A DNA stretch of 64,000 nucleotides from positions 9,844,499-9,908,498 of the forward strand of contig JARFYF010000054.1 of assembly GCA_030265395.1 (NCBI GenBank), in the 5' to 3' direction. The notes under the pieces were generated by a model. The model searched no databases. It had not been told where the DNA came from and saw only the letters and a list, made by a program, of their open reading frames with translations. This document shows, in pieces, positions 1 to 12,875 of this stretch. Both the position numbers and the translations under genes were made by a program. This DNA is from Rhina ancylostomus. Taxonomy: Eukaryota. Within the stretch, counting starts at the first letter, position 1, and each line of letters opens with the position of its first letter.

Positions 1-339
1 ATACAAAGAAAATTAGTGCATCAGGAACTCAACAATTCAACACCCGGAATAACAGGTGTGTAAAAAAACTTAATTAGTAATGAATGGTTCTGAATTAATC
101 AAAGGTAAATGTACAAACCCATTGAAAACTGATTGTGAGAAGATTTGACAAAAGTGTACAAGATCACAAAGGATTGAGGTAGGGCAGACAGAGGGAAGCT
201 GTCCCCAGTAGTATGTGGTTACAGGGCCAGGGAAAGCATTTAAAATTTGGAGCAAAAAACATGAGGTGGATTTGGGATAGGAAGATGTGAAGAGAAACTT
301 CTTTTTCACAAACAAAAATGGATATGATCTGGAACTTTC

Positions 340-1905
340 AGTAACACCATTAGAAACAGGAAATAGGCCATTAGGCACATCCAGCCTGTTCTGCCATCCA
401 AATGGAGTTCAATCCGGAGAAGTGTGAGGTGGCACACTTTGGAAGGACAAACTCCAAGGCAGAGTACAAGGTTAATGGCAGGACTCTGGGTAGTGTGGAG
501 GAGCAGAGGGATCTGGGGGTTCATATCCACAGATCACTGAAAGTTGCCTCACAGGTGGATAGGGTAGTTAAGAAAGCTTATGGGATGTTAGCTTTCATAA
601 GTCGTGGGATTAAGTTTAAGAGCACGAAGTAATGATGCAGCTCTACAAAACTCTGGTTAGACCACACTTGGAGTACTGTGTCCAGTTCTGGTAGCCTCAT
701 TATAGGAACGATGTGGAAGCGTTGGAAAGGCTACAGAGGAGATTTACCAGGATGCTGCCTGGTTTGGAGAGTATGGGTTATGAGGAGAGACTAAGGGAGC
801 TAGGGCTTTACTCTTTGGAGAGGAGGAGGATGATGAGGGGAGACATGATACAGGTGTACAAAATATTAAGAGGAATAGATAGAGTGGACACAAGTGCCTC
901 TTTCCCAGGTCACCAATGCTCAATACAAGAGGGCATGGCTTTAAAGTACAGAGGGAGGTTTTTTTACCCAGAGAGTGGTTGGGGCATGGAATGCGCTGCC
1001 TAAGGTGGTGGTGGAGGCAGGTACGTTGGTCAAATTCAAGAGATTGTTAGATAAGCACATGGAGGAATTTAAAATAGGGGGATATGTGGGAGGAAGCGGT
1101 TAGATAGTCATAGGCGTGGTTTAAATGTCGGCACAACATGGTGGGCTGAAGGGCCTGTATTGTGCTGTATTGTTCTATGGTTCTATGGTCAAGGTTGATC
1201 TAATTTTCCTCATCCTGTTTTTACATCCTGTTTATAAGCCACAGTTCCTTTACTGATTAAAAATCTACATATCAGTTTTGAACAGGTTCAAGGATTCAGC
1301 CCCAATAGTTTTCTGGAGCAAAGAATTCTAAAGAATCATCTCAAGCTTAAATGGGCATCCCCTTGCTCTGAAACTATGTCTTCTGGTCCCAGACTCCGCC
1401 CTGAAGGGAAAATATCCTTCTGGCATTTACCCTGGACATCCCCTAGATATCTTACTGAAACATACAAGATAGTCTCTCAGTCTTCTAAACTTCAGTGAAT
1501 ACAGACCCAAACTGTTAATTCCACCCCATACAGCCCCAGTGAACCATCAATGGCACGTATATTTTCCCTTAAATAAGGGTACCAAACCTCCTCACAGTAC
1601 TCAAGATACGGTCTCATTCACACATTCTATAGTTGCAAATGCAACTTCCTTACATTTATATTTTAATCTACTTGAAATGAAAGCCAGTATTCCATTAGCC
1701 TTCCTGATTATCTACTGTATCGGAATGCTAGCTCTCTGTTTGACATGTAGGTGGACCCTAAAACCCCTTTGTGCTTCAGCTTTATGCAGTATATTTCCAT
1801 TTAAATAATAATCTGCTTTATCATTCTTCCTACCAATTTGGACAACTTCACATATTCTCATTTTATTTCCCATATAACAACTTTTTGCCCACTCATTTAA
1901 TCTTT
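340..1905 (-). mobile_element. Older CR1 LINE, interrupted by the 399-1188 element
   Basis: Reverse 3' tail (aggccatt...cagcctgttctgccat) resumes at about 1189 (tcaaggttgatc) and continues with decayed reverse RT sequence. Confidence 0.75.
399..1188 (+). mobile_element. CR1/HER1-type LINE, 5'-truncated, with 3' tail; relatively young
   Basis: RT C-terminal peptides MEFNPEKCEVAHFG...EQRDLGVHIH and LERLQRRFTRMLPGL...LYSLERRR with stops and frameshifts. Tail ends in the repeat ttctatgg. Confidence 0.93.
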
Positions 1906-2077
1906 CGTAAAATGTCGGGGGGGGGCATTATAGAAGAGTCTATCAGGATCTTAAAAAGGGAACAGGACAGAGACAGAAGAGAGGATCATTTGTAGGACTA
2001 AAGAGGAAGAGTGGGGAAATGGGTTTGACAGCTGTATTAGGAGCCATAGGCAATGACAATATTAAAAAGAGTGCAGT

Positions 2078-2320
2078 ATGGATTGATTTTTTAGGAAGTA
2101 TGAGAATCTTACATATTTTTCCTCTGTGCCACTTCTTGCCAGTCAATTCCTTGTGAGGATATTGCTCTATGGCCACTGGTTACACTTTGATATTAAGTAT
2201 GAGAATCAAGGGTTATGGAGTTCGTGCAGGAAAAGGCACTGAGGTAAAAGGTCAGCCATGATCTTAATGAGTGGTGGCATGAGGGTCTGAATGGCTGACT
2301 GCTGCTTCCAATTCTGAACT
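2078..2320 (+). mobile_element. CR1 3' tail fragment carrying an 86-bp insertion
   Basis: aatcaagggttatgg...tcagccatgatcttaatga...gaatggctgactgctgcttcc matches the CR1 tails elsewhere in the window (for example 33720-33845). Confidence 0.75.
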
Positions 2321-4544
2321 TATTATGGATATCTAAAGAAGATTCACCAATGAAACAGGCAAAGTATACAATGATGCAAGAGTGCAATGAGTTGCAATTT
2401 CCCAAAATGAATTCAATACATATCACATTTTTATTCTATTTTTTCTACCACCATTGACTACCATATATATTCCTTCTAAAAAAAATCTCAAGAGATGCCT
2501 TGAACAGTGTCCAGTAACTACACTATACAATACTGTGGGATATGATTGATCTCCTGCTTGTTTCCCCTTTTTTTGGGGAAGCCAACATCAGCTGCATTAG
2601 CTAGAAGAACTTTTTATACTCCTGTCTAAATTTCAAAGCTTTCTTTCTGTTAGGCTCTCATTAACTGGAATCACTAATACTAATGTAAAACACTGTTTAA
2701 ATTTCCCACAACTCCAGCTTATTAAATTAGTACTGTTCTAGAAATGACCAAAATGGAAAATTAGATTTGATCATAAGGCCTGCAAGGCTGTGTTTACATT
2801 TTTTAATTGAACAATTTGTCTTTATCATCATGGCAACTCATTAATGTAAACACCAGTACCACACCATTGGTTTACAGTGACAAATTACAGTAATTAAGAC
2901 CTTGACTAATAGTACATCCATCAGCTGTGTAAATGATGCACTCGCTAAGACTACTAAATCTTTATCAATGTTAGGTTTTCTATTTGTGATTAAGTCATTT
3001 TACAGTACTTTCACTTTGCGTCCTTACACTTTTAATAGTACTTCCCATCACTGTGGGTAAAATAGTGACCAAGAGAGAGGCCCATGAAGAGTGTTTTGTT
3101 TTTGCTGCCCTGGTCAAGTTGGACACATATTTTTCCCTGTGCCACTTCTTGCCAGTCAATTCCTTGTGAGGATATTGCTCTATGGCCACTGGTTCCACTT
3201 TGGTATTTTACTCAAGTAGCCACAAAGTGAAAATCTTGATATCAATTTCAAAAGATTTTCAGAAGACGGGGGAAAGACTACATCAGCCAAATCTGATATA
3301 GTTCTCATCTGACATGCATATGTGTATGCTAATTCATAACCTATCAATAAGGGACAGATTGCGATTAGTATCTGATGTGGGTGTGGATTATTGTGGGTAG
3401 GTCAACAATTAGTACCATTGTATAACAGAAGGTCCCAGAAACAGTACATGCACAATGGGCCAAATTGTCGCCCATTTCCATGGAAACTAGGTGAAATTAA
3501 TGTACAGGAAGAGGAAAAAAAAAGTATATTTTGTTCGTTACTCATTCCTGAAATCTGACCATTCATTATGCCATCATTCTAGAGCATTCAGAAATATACT
3601 TAACAAAAATAACATGGTAGGTTTTCAAAAACCTAGCTGCTTACACTTTAATTTCACAGGCAAATAAAGTTAACATATCCCTAAATTAGCAGCTGGATGT
3701 ATTTTGTCCCTGTCTACTCTGAAAAACCACTATTGTTCTTTATGTCCTTTTAAGGAGTTGTAGCCGTCCTGGATGCTCCCACCCTTCCACTCAGACAACC
3801 TGTTTGTTCTACAGGTAAGTTGGCATCCTGTATTAATATATAGGACAATTTTCTTTTTAACCAAAGGAAGTCCTGAACAATACGGGACTGCTGGCAATCC
3901 TACACACACAAGGCAAGCAAGGACAGACACACTTAGTTTTTGTTTCATTTCTTACTTGGAGTCATTCAAGGCAAATGTAACTCCCAAGATGCAACAACTA
4001 GGGGTTCAGCTCATGACAAAGAGGGTATACAAGATTCTGCTATTCAGTGCAAGTGACACAGTAATATTGGTTCCATTTCCTTCAGGAATTAATTCTGATG
4101 GGAATGTTTCCAATTGCAGATTATAACTATGGTGTGTAGAGAATAATTACTAGAATTATTGTGTTAGAGTTGAACAGTTAAAATGATATTGTAGATATAA
4201 AGTATAAAGCATGGAAATGAAGATGTATCTTTAAATTATTTTAAATTTCCCAGCTATCCTAGTAGGTCACACTGGTTCAGGTCTCTGGATTACCAAAACA
4301 CACATTCATGTCTATTGCTCCCCAAACTGTGAATTTCAGGCAATAAAATTTGCACGGATCCCTTCATAATGGCCTAGACAAAGTTGTTCACCATTTGGGG
4401 AATGCATATATCATAAGCTTTTGATACTAATAGGTCCAAGAGCAACCATCAACAAAACTCCAAATTCTTAAAATTCAAGAACCACAGCCTAGTTCTGTAC
4501 AGCAATAATACATGCTAATATGCAGCTTGCATTTCACAAGTGAG

Positions 4545-4925
4545 TACAGTAGCATAGTGGTTATGTTCCTGCAACATTGATCCAGAGAGGCCCAAATTAA
4601 TGATATGGGATAGTAAGTGTAACTTACTAGTACACTGAGGTAATTTAAGTTACAATAAGTTAAATAAATTTAGAATTTAAAGCTAGTATTACTGATGGGG
4701 ACAACAAAAATCCACATTGATATTAAAACTCATCTGGTTATTTAATGTCTTCACGGTACTGGCATAGATCCATTTCGGCCTTTGGTCAGTCCTTCTTCAA
4801 CCTGACTCAGCATTACTTCAGATCCACAGCAATATGGGGGATTTTCAAAGCCTGAATTGCCTCAGCAAACCACTCAATTCAAGGGAAAATGGGGATGGCA
4901 ATGCATCCTGTGATGAATAAAAACT
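4545..4925 (+). mobile_element. tRNA-derived SINE with LINE-derived 3' tail
   Basis: A-box-like tagcatagtgg head. Tail caaaccactcaattcaagggaaaatggggatggcaa...tgaataaaaa. A reverse-strand relative lies at about 41130-41345. Confidence 0.7.
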
Positions 4926-5059
4926 AAATATTTTTAAATAATTAAAATCTACTTAAAACACATGTTTTCACTTTAAAATGTATTTTAAAAGTGTCTGATT
5001 ATACTACATGTTAAGGATTGAGGAATAAAATTTATATTTGGCAACATCAGGTATTGAGG

Positions 5060-5730
5060 AGACAGGGTTTCGACCCAAAATGTCGATAATTCCTTTCACC
5101 ACAGATGCTGCTTGACCCAGAGTTCCACCTGCAGATAGTTTGTTGCTTCAGATATTGCAGATACAGAGTGTCATTGCAAAAGACCACTTACTTCTATGTA
5201 TTTCAATAAATATACACTGGGATCCCAAAATCATTTCTCAATACATGTGCAATATAGCAAACATCAAGTCATACAAATATCAGGTGTCTAACTATACTGA
5301 TTGCTTTGTCATGGGGCAAAGTACAAAGTTAAATTAATCACACACATGCTCATAAAAAATTATGTCTTGATTCATCCTTGCAACATAACACCTCTGATAA
5401 CTATTACATTGTGGAACTTGAGCAATAATCAAATGTTAAAAATAACTTTAATCTAATATGACATGTTTTCAAATGGATTAGCATCCAGATGGCAATAGAT
5501 TTTAAATAGATATTAATAAATCAAACCTAAAAGCAAAAAAAACTGCAGATGCTTTAAAACTGAAATAAAAGCAAAAAAGGTTTAATACACATTCAGTCAG
5601 GCAAATTCTGTGGAGAAAGAAACAGAGTTAATGTTTCTGTTCTGATCAAAGGTCATCAACCACATTCTGCTTCTCCTTTCACAGATGCTGCCTGATCTGC
5701 CAAGTATTTCCAACAGCTCTCATTTTTATT
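5060..5730. mobile_element. Penelope-derived terminal-repeat fragments (5060-5165 and inverted pair 5530-5730)
   Basis: gggtttcgaccc...acagatgctgcttgacc motif, also found directly 3' of the GIY-YIG remnant at 61925-62395. Confidence 0.6.
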
Positions 5731-8700
5731 ATTGGTTGTGACTAAGATTGCATGCAAGCTCAGACCAGTCTTTATTGCAATTTCTATGCTGAAACTACAT
5801 ATTTTCTTCTGGATCCATCAGGGAGAGTAGCTATTTTAAATTAAGCAATAGTTTTGTTACTGATTTTGCTGCTCATCATCCACGATACTCTCAACACTGT
5901 GAAAAGTTTAGCGATTTCTTTTGAGGAGTAGAAATCTTGCCTAAAGTGTATCTAACATTACTCTGATGTTTTACAATTTAAATCATTAGCAGCAGAAAAC
6001 ACATTTCAAAATAAATTAGCAATTTTATAAAGAGAACATTAACTGAGTAATGTTATGCATTGAAGGGGGTCAGAAATAAAAATGATGGCTAGAACCTGCT
6101 CAAGGTTGGTAGAAGTTGCAAACTTTCAAGTAGATTGTTTTGCTGTTCTAGCTAGTATGTTTACAAGCAGAATGATAAATCTCACTTCTCAATGCCACTT
6201 ATTATAATAAATCAAAATACCATGCAGTGCTTCACTAAATTACTGGACAGATTCAAAGTAAAATTCTCAATTACTTTGACAAATGGTAAGCAATGTAAAT
6301 AACGAGCAAACCTTAATTTAGGCATCATATTCGACAGCTGGTCTCCATGGAAAAAAAACACTTCAATGTGCTTCATGAATATTGTGAGTTTTATTTAGTA
6401 AGATAGGAACAAAAGAATGTAATATCAGCCTGGCACATTTGGAAGCATTCTCAACTAAGTAATATGTTCAAGCCCCACTGCAGAACTTGAGCACAGGACC
6501 AAAAATATAGCTCACAAATCCTGACTTGCCTTCATTCAGCATCCTCTATGCAGAGATATTCCACAAACATATTGAATCTAAAACTCTCATGTTCCCTCCA
6601 AATTCCTGCAGGCTTGATCCAAGCTACCTCTGCAATCTCCTCTACATTTAAGTTGTTTCCCGTGGATCCTCTCCACGTGTTGTTATCTGTATCAGAGCTT
6701 TCAAATATCTGGTCCCTGGTCTCCAAAGTTCTCTCCCAAAATCCCACTTCTGAACTGTTACCCTTTAAAGCCTTACTGAAACACTTCTTCCGCTTCCCCC
6801 CCACCACCACAAAAAATCTCTCCAAAGCTATCTTGCTTGGCTAGGTATTCCAAACAACATAGCATTTCTGCAAAATGCTCTGGGACAATTTTTGTGTTCA
6901 AGCCACTATACGGAGTCAGGGAATTTGTTTTGGATGCAGTAGTATATTAGTTTGACGAAATCTAGGTGCATTCCTGTCAAAATTGGTTGCATTATAGAAA
7001 TTCCCTGGAGGAGCAATTTGCTGTTATTTCTTAAAAGGACAATTTCATTAAGTGTGTGTTTCATCTACTCGCATTGAATCCTTCATCAATAACTGTAACA
7101 TTACTTGAACAGCTTATACGTCTTTATACATTCTCCAAAGTCACGCTGCTGAAATTCTATATGGAGTGATAACTGATTAGGATTATTGAAATTGTATCCC
7201 TATGACTTAAGAAAAATGTCCAAATGCTGTCATTTAAAATAATTGCAAATTTCTTCTTTACTTATCACTGACCATCTAATTTCAAAACCGATTGGACTCA
7301 TCAATTAACTAGTAAGTGCCATGGACATACAATCTCTAACATCCACTCTCTGAAACACATTTAATTAATTCTTTCCCTAAGCCTCAATTCTTCTTTCTTA
7401 TGGTTGATGGAGATAAGAGCAACAATAACATTTTACATTCAGATGGTTAAACTACACAAATGCTTTAAGTAACCGAGAATTTCACCATGATATAACCATA
7501 CTTATGAATCTGGCATCAAGTCATTGTTGTGAGTAACCAGTTTTTATTTCCCATTTTTGAAATATATATCTACAGCAGCCAAGATTTGGGTGGATACAAG
7601 TTATGGCTGATTGGAGTTTTTGTGGAAGATGGAAGTTAGTGACTGTGTGCAGTTTGTATTTTACTTTGTGGGTTGAGCCATCTTATGAACTTCATTTGAC
7701 TTTCCAAGCTTGCTAATATTTGAAGTCACTTTGTCAAAGCACACAGTACAAAAGGGCTTTTGCAACCTCATGAGCAGTTGATGGAATTTACTGAGGTTTT
7801 GTTAGACACCACCAATTTCTTGGATTTCACAGTCACGTAAATAGGCCCTTCAGCCCAATTCGTCCATGCCGACCAAGATGCCCACCTAAGCTAGTCCTAT
7901 ATCCCGCTAAACCTTTGCTGCACTTCCTGGAAAGATTGCAGAAAGAAGGCAAATAAACAGAACAGTCACTGAGAACTAGGGTGTTGAGAGTGACTTGAAA
8001 ATTCCAGTGTTGAGTTGCAGTGTCCAGATAAACATTAACAAGTCATATATGACTACTTTGGATATACTTGCCTACTGACTATCCAAAGCATGAATACTGA
8101 TGCTCCACAGCTTGTGGCTGCCAGTTCCTCAATCAGGCTCAGCCATGTCTTCCTCCAGGAAATCATCTTTTTAAGATGGTCATGGAACATTAGCACGCCA
8201 TACAGCTCCACCCTGAAAGAATTCCACCCACGGGTGATGCCCACCCCACCTCCTCTCTTTTGTCCACCAATCATTGCTCTGCTTTTCCCTCCTATATATA
8301 GGGCTTCCCCTTTTCCTATCTTCAGTATCCATCACAGATACGTCATTCCTCAGCCTCCNNNNNNNNNNNNNNNNNNNNNNNNNNNNNNNNNNNNNNNNNN
8401 NNNNNNNNNNNNNNNNNNNNNNNNNNNNNNNNNNNNNNNNNNNNNNNNNNNNNNNNNNNNNNNNNNNNNNNNNNNNNNNNNNNNNNNNNNNNNNNNNNNN
8501 NNNNNNNNNNNNNNNNNNNNNNNNNNNNNNNNNNNNNNNNNNNNNNNNNNNNNNNNNNNNNNNNNNNNNNNNNNNNNNNNNNNNNNNNNNNNNNNNNNNN
8601 NNNNNNNNNNNNNNNNNNNNNNNNNNNNNNNNNNNNNNNNNNNNNNNNNNNNNNNNNNNNNNNNNNNNNNNNNNNNNNNNNNNNNNNNNNNNNNNNNNNN

Positions 8701-8976
8701 NNNNNNNNNNNNNNNNNNNNNNNNNNNNNNNNNNNNNNNNNNNNNNNNNNNNNNNNNNNNNNNNNNNNNNNNNNNNNNNNNNNNNNNNNNNNNNNNNNNN
8801 NNNNNNNNNNNNNNNNNNNNNNNNNNNNNNNNNNNNNNNNNNNNNNNNNNNNNNNNNNNNNNNNNNNNNNNNNNNNNNNNNNNNNNNNNNNNNNNNNNNN
8901 NNNNNNNNNNNNNNNNNNNNNNNNNNNNNNNNNNNNNNNNNNNNNNNNNNNNNNNNNNNNNNNNNNNNNNNNNNNA

Positions 8977-9211
8977 GAGTGTTCTGGGGGCAGCCCGCAA
9001 GTGTCGCCACACTTCTGGCGCCAACACAGCATGCCCACAACTTCCTAACCTGTATGTCTTTGGAATGTGGGAGGAAACCGGAGCACCCGGAGGAAACCCG
9101 CACAGACCTGGGGAAAATGTACAAACTCCTTACAGACAGTGGCAGGAATTGAACCTGGATCGCTGGTGTCATAATAGCATTATGCTAACCGCTAAACTAC
9201 CGTGCCTGCCC
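8977..9211 (-). mobile_element. V-SINE (HE1-like) element
   Basis: V-domain reverse ggaatgtgggaggaaaccggagcacccggaggaaaccc and tRNA-like head. Same family as 52061-52355. Confidence 0.88.
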
Positions 9212-10129
9212 TAAGACCTCAAACTAAACAGAGAGAGGATAAATTTGAATTGAATTGTCATCAGATAGATAAAGGAAGTAAAAGATAAAGGATAAGGTAA
9301 AAATTCCCCTTCTAGTCCAACAAAGGTTACTTCCCAAGCTTCAATTAGTAGCCAGAGAAGGCTCAAAGGCTTCCTTCCCCTCTATATTCATGGTCACTTG
9401 AAGAACATCTTATTGGCTCATTCCATCAGCCGTGCAAGAAGGATCCAGTAGCCTGGCTTATGTTGATTTACAAACCAAATTTTAGAGATATATCATTGGA
9501 TTTGCTGCTAATGTTGATTCTGGATGCTGGTGGACATCAACTTAATCAAACCAAAAACTGCAGGTTTGTTTAAACCTACTTTTAATTGGTTTACTATACC
9601 ATGATTCCATGTGGGATTATCACCAATTTACAGAATAAGACAATGTTTAAAAGAGCACTATTTCTGCAACAGGACGAATCCCTCCTTTGATGGTCACAGA
9701 CTGAATCAAAACCCTTGGACAATATTGGGACTGGAAAATTGAGAGGTTTCTTCAAAGGGGAACTAAAATAAATTGCATAAAAATTATAGTGCTGAAGAAG
9801 CCCATTTGGCAAGTCAATTTTCATACAAATCCCTATCTCAGGCTGTTTAACTAGCTAGTAGCTAGCATTTACAACAGTCTAAAATAAAAGTAGGATTCTA
9901 TGGTATGATCACAACAGAATTTGCTACTGTTGCTAAATCCAACAGGGCCCAATTGACCTGAGAAAGGACACTGACATTGGTTTACTTATCTTTCCAGTGA
10001 ATCTGGAGGAGTTTGCTGTCACAGTATTGGTAGTATTCTTCCAAATTCCTTGAGATATCTGCTATAGATAGCCCAGGTGAGAGAAGCATACAAGAAGGAG
10101 GGATCAGTGTTTTTTTTTTAACCAGGTAT

Positions 10130-10709
10130 GAAGTCTTGATCTTCAAATACCTTTCATCTCATTTGATCAAAGGCTGTACCAACACATTGAAGTGGTAGTA
10201 AATTTCATCATCAATATCTGCCTTCACTGAGAGGTACCTCCCAAGATATGGGAAGTGATCTACGTTTCATCACGAACACTTATTCTCAATGCAGCAAGGT
10301 CAGGTTGTTGAAGGATCTTTGTTTTGCAGATGTTGAGCGCAAACCTCACCCTTTTGTATGCATATCAATGATGGCTTGGACCTCGGCCTCTGAGCACATG
10401 CAAACACAAGCATGATCAGTATACTGCAGCTCAACTACTGAAGCTTGAGTAACCTTGGTTCTGAATTGTAGTTGCTATAAGTTGAAGAGCTTCCTATTAT
10501 ATCTGAAGAGTAGCTCTAACTCCTGAGGAATGTTTGTTGGAGGAAAGATGCAACATTACAGTAAGGATTGAGAAAAGCATTGGGGCAATGACACAGGCTT
10601 GTTTGATACCAGTTTTCACTGAGAACAGTTCTGTTTCACACTCATTGATTAGTATCATGGCTTGCAAGTGCAAGATAGAAAGGAATTTCTGTAGGCAGCC
10701 GAATTTGTG
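10130..10709 (-). mobile_element. RTE-clade (BovB-like) LINE, RT fragment
   Basis: Peptides FSVKTGIKQACVIAPMLFSI (GVKQGC motif) and DHFPYLGRYLSVKADIDDEI. Confidence 0.85.
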
Positions 10710-12875
10710 NNNNNNNNNNNNNNNNNNNNNNNNNNNNNNNNNNNNNNNNNNNNNNNNNNNNNNNNNNNNNNNNNNNNNNNNNNNNNNNNNNNNNNNNNNN
10801 NNNNNNNNNGAGCGTGTTTCACAGTTGCGTCCTAATTGCTTACCAACTGCTGCCAAAAAGACAGGGAGTTTCCAGTTTCTTCTCAGTGACTGCAAGGTGG
10901 AACACAAGGAAGCCCAGGAATTAACCCATCCTTTCCCCAAGGACAAACAAAAAGTTTCTAATATACTTTACAAAAAATTAAATTGATATTTGTTAGACTG
11001 AACTGTGGTGGTAATTCCAAATTGAACCATTAGTGTTCAACCACTCCCAGGTAAGTAAATGCCAGAATCACGTGGACCATTGTAGGCTGGAACATGCTGA
11101 GCGGCAGATGTCAGTGCATCTGTCACTCTGCTCCACTGCTGGACCCCACATTGAGTCCAGTGCTGGAACATAATTGTTTTGGGGATCCCCAACGTAATGG
11201 CATAAATCTTCATTCATTTGAATGAGTAATTCCAGCCTGGAGATTAAAAGGGAAAGAGGTAGGTTATTGTTAATTTATTCTAATACTTTAAATTATTTCT
11301 AAATGTCAATTATGTTTCTCATTTTTTATTTAAAATATCAGAGACATTTAGTATTATTTTAAATAAAAGCCTCCCGGTATTTTACAGAAGGTGAAGCTCC
11401 ATCCTCTGTTTTGCCTCCTGTCAAATGCTGTCAGGGTGTTTTGGAGACAGAATCTCCTTTGCATGCCTCTTGAGGCATACTTGCCAGTGAGGCTTTGCCG
11501 GACCTCACTGGATACCTCCTCAGTGCTGAGAGTCAGCTCAATTCACACTCCATATCCGGATTGGACAAGTGCAGGCAGGGGGGAGAGGTGGTTTCTGGAT
11601 CCAATTTGATTTGGTCCAGTATGCGAAGAAACAACACACCCCTTCTGAACACAGAAGAAGCACGACTAATAATTAAGTGAAGAACCAGTTGAAACGTGAA
11701 AACTCTATTAGGCACTTACTATAGCAACATATCCGAAATTGAATTCTAGGAATGTAGGTGATTTTAGGCAGCACAATGTTAGCAATAGAATGCAAATTTT
11801 TTATGGTTGTGGGGAAAACAAAGCATAAAATTGATCTTTTTACTTAATATATTTAGTTAGAATTCAATGACAGTGTAGCAAAGGGAAAAACAAAAAACTG
11901 AAGAACTTAATATGCATGGAGTTAAAAACTTGAGAAATGTTTTTCCAATTTGAGAACCTTTCCGATTTGAAAACAAAAACAACAGGGTGGCCTTGCAGAT
12001 GGGTTCCTATTGAGCTGAGTTCATTAGTCTTGAACCCAAATATATTCTATATCAGTACTCTAAAATTTAGCTAAAGATTATTTACCGTCTAAGAAATTAT
12101 GTGACCTTATTGAGTTTAATTTAGCATTTTAATTATTGCAAGATTACTACAAAACTTAAGTGATTTTTTTAGCATACAATTATTTGGCTATCATGAGAAG
12201 AAATTATCTGTTCAGCAATAACATTCTTCATTCATAAACATAATTCTAAGCCCACAAGTGCCAAGTTGCAAGGTTAGTTTATGAATTGCTGGTCTAATGA
12301 AAGTCTTATGGTCTGTATCTAGCACCAATATTCAGCCTTTCAAAACCTTTCACCCAAAGTTATAAACACTCCCTTTAGTCTTTCGGTAACATAATGCTTA
12401 GCGATGTCAAAGGTGAACATATTCTAAATTCAGACAAGATTGTATATCTTGAAGAAATAGTCAGCTTGATGGTTTGAATATTAATTGCAGTTAAGATTAG
12501 ACATGCTATGTTCCTTAACGATGTCAGTCCAATCTGCTGAAGGCTGTGTGACAGAACAGTCAACTGCAGGAGGGCTTTATGCAAAGGAAGTGGAAATTTT
12601 ATTGCGAGATTAATATGCTACAGGGTGTAACTCCCAATTATTTGTAAAAGAAGCCCATATGCAAGAGTCATCTCTGAACTTCACCAAGGAGTTAATAAAA
12701 TCTTTATCCTTCATAAGTTAATAATGATCTTTGAGGATTGTAAGTAATGTTACTAGCAGCTGTATGCAGTTATTACTATTAAGGCATGTTTAAAAAAAAG
12801 CAGATAAAATTATTATATATTTACTGACATCACAGCACAAAAGCTAATTGAAACATTTCTATTCTCTAAATTATC

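Noticed and set aside
1943-3198. Two ORFs sharing AIEQYPHKELTGKKWHR, suggesting duplicated coding exons
   Set aside because: Explained by the 84-bp local duplication. No similarity to METTL16 or any protein I recognise.
8090-9214. Long ORFs spanning N gaps (also 31118-32123 and 36021-36578)
   Set aside because: Open only because of N runs. The flanks are SINE, Penelope or simple-repeat sequence.
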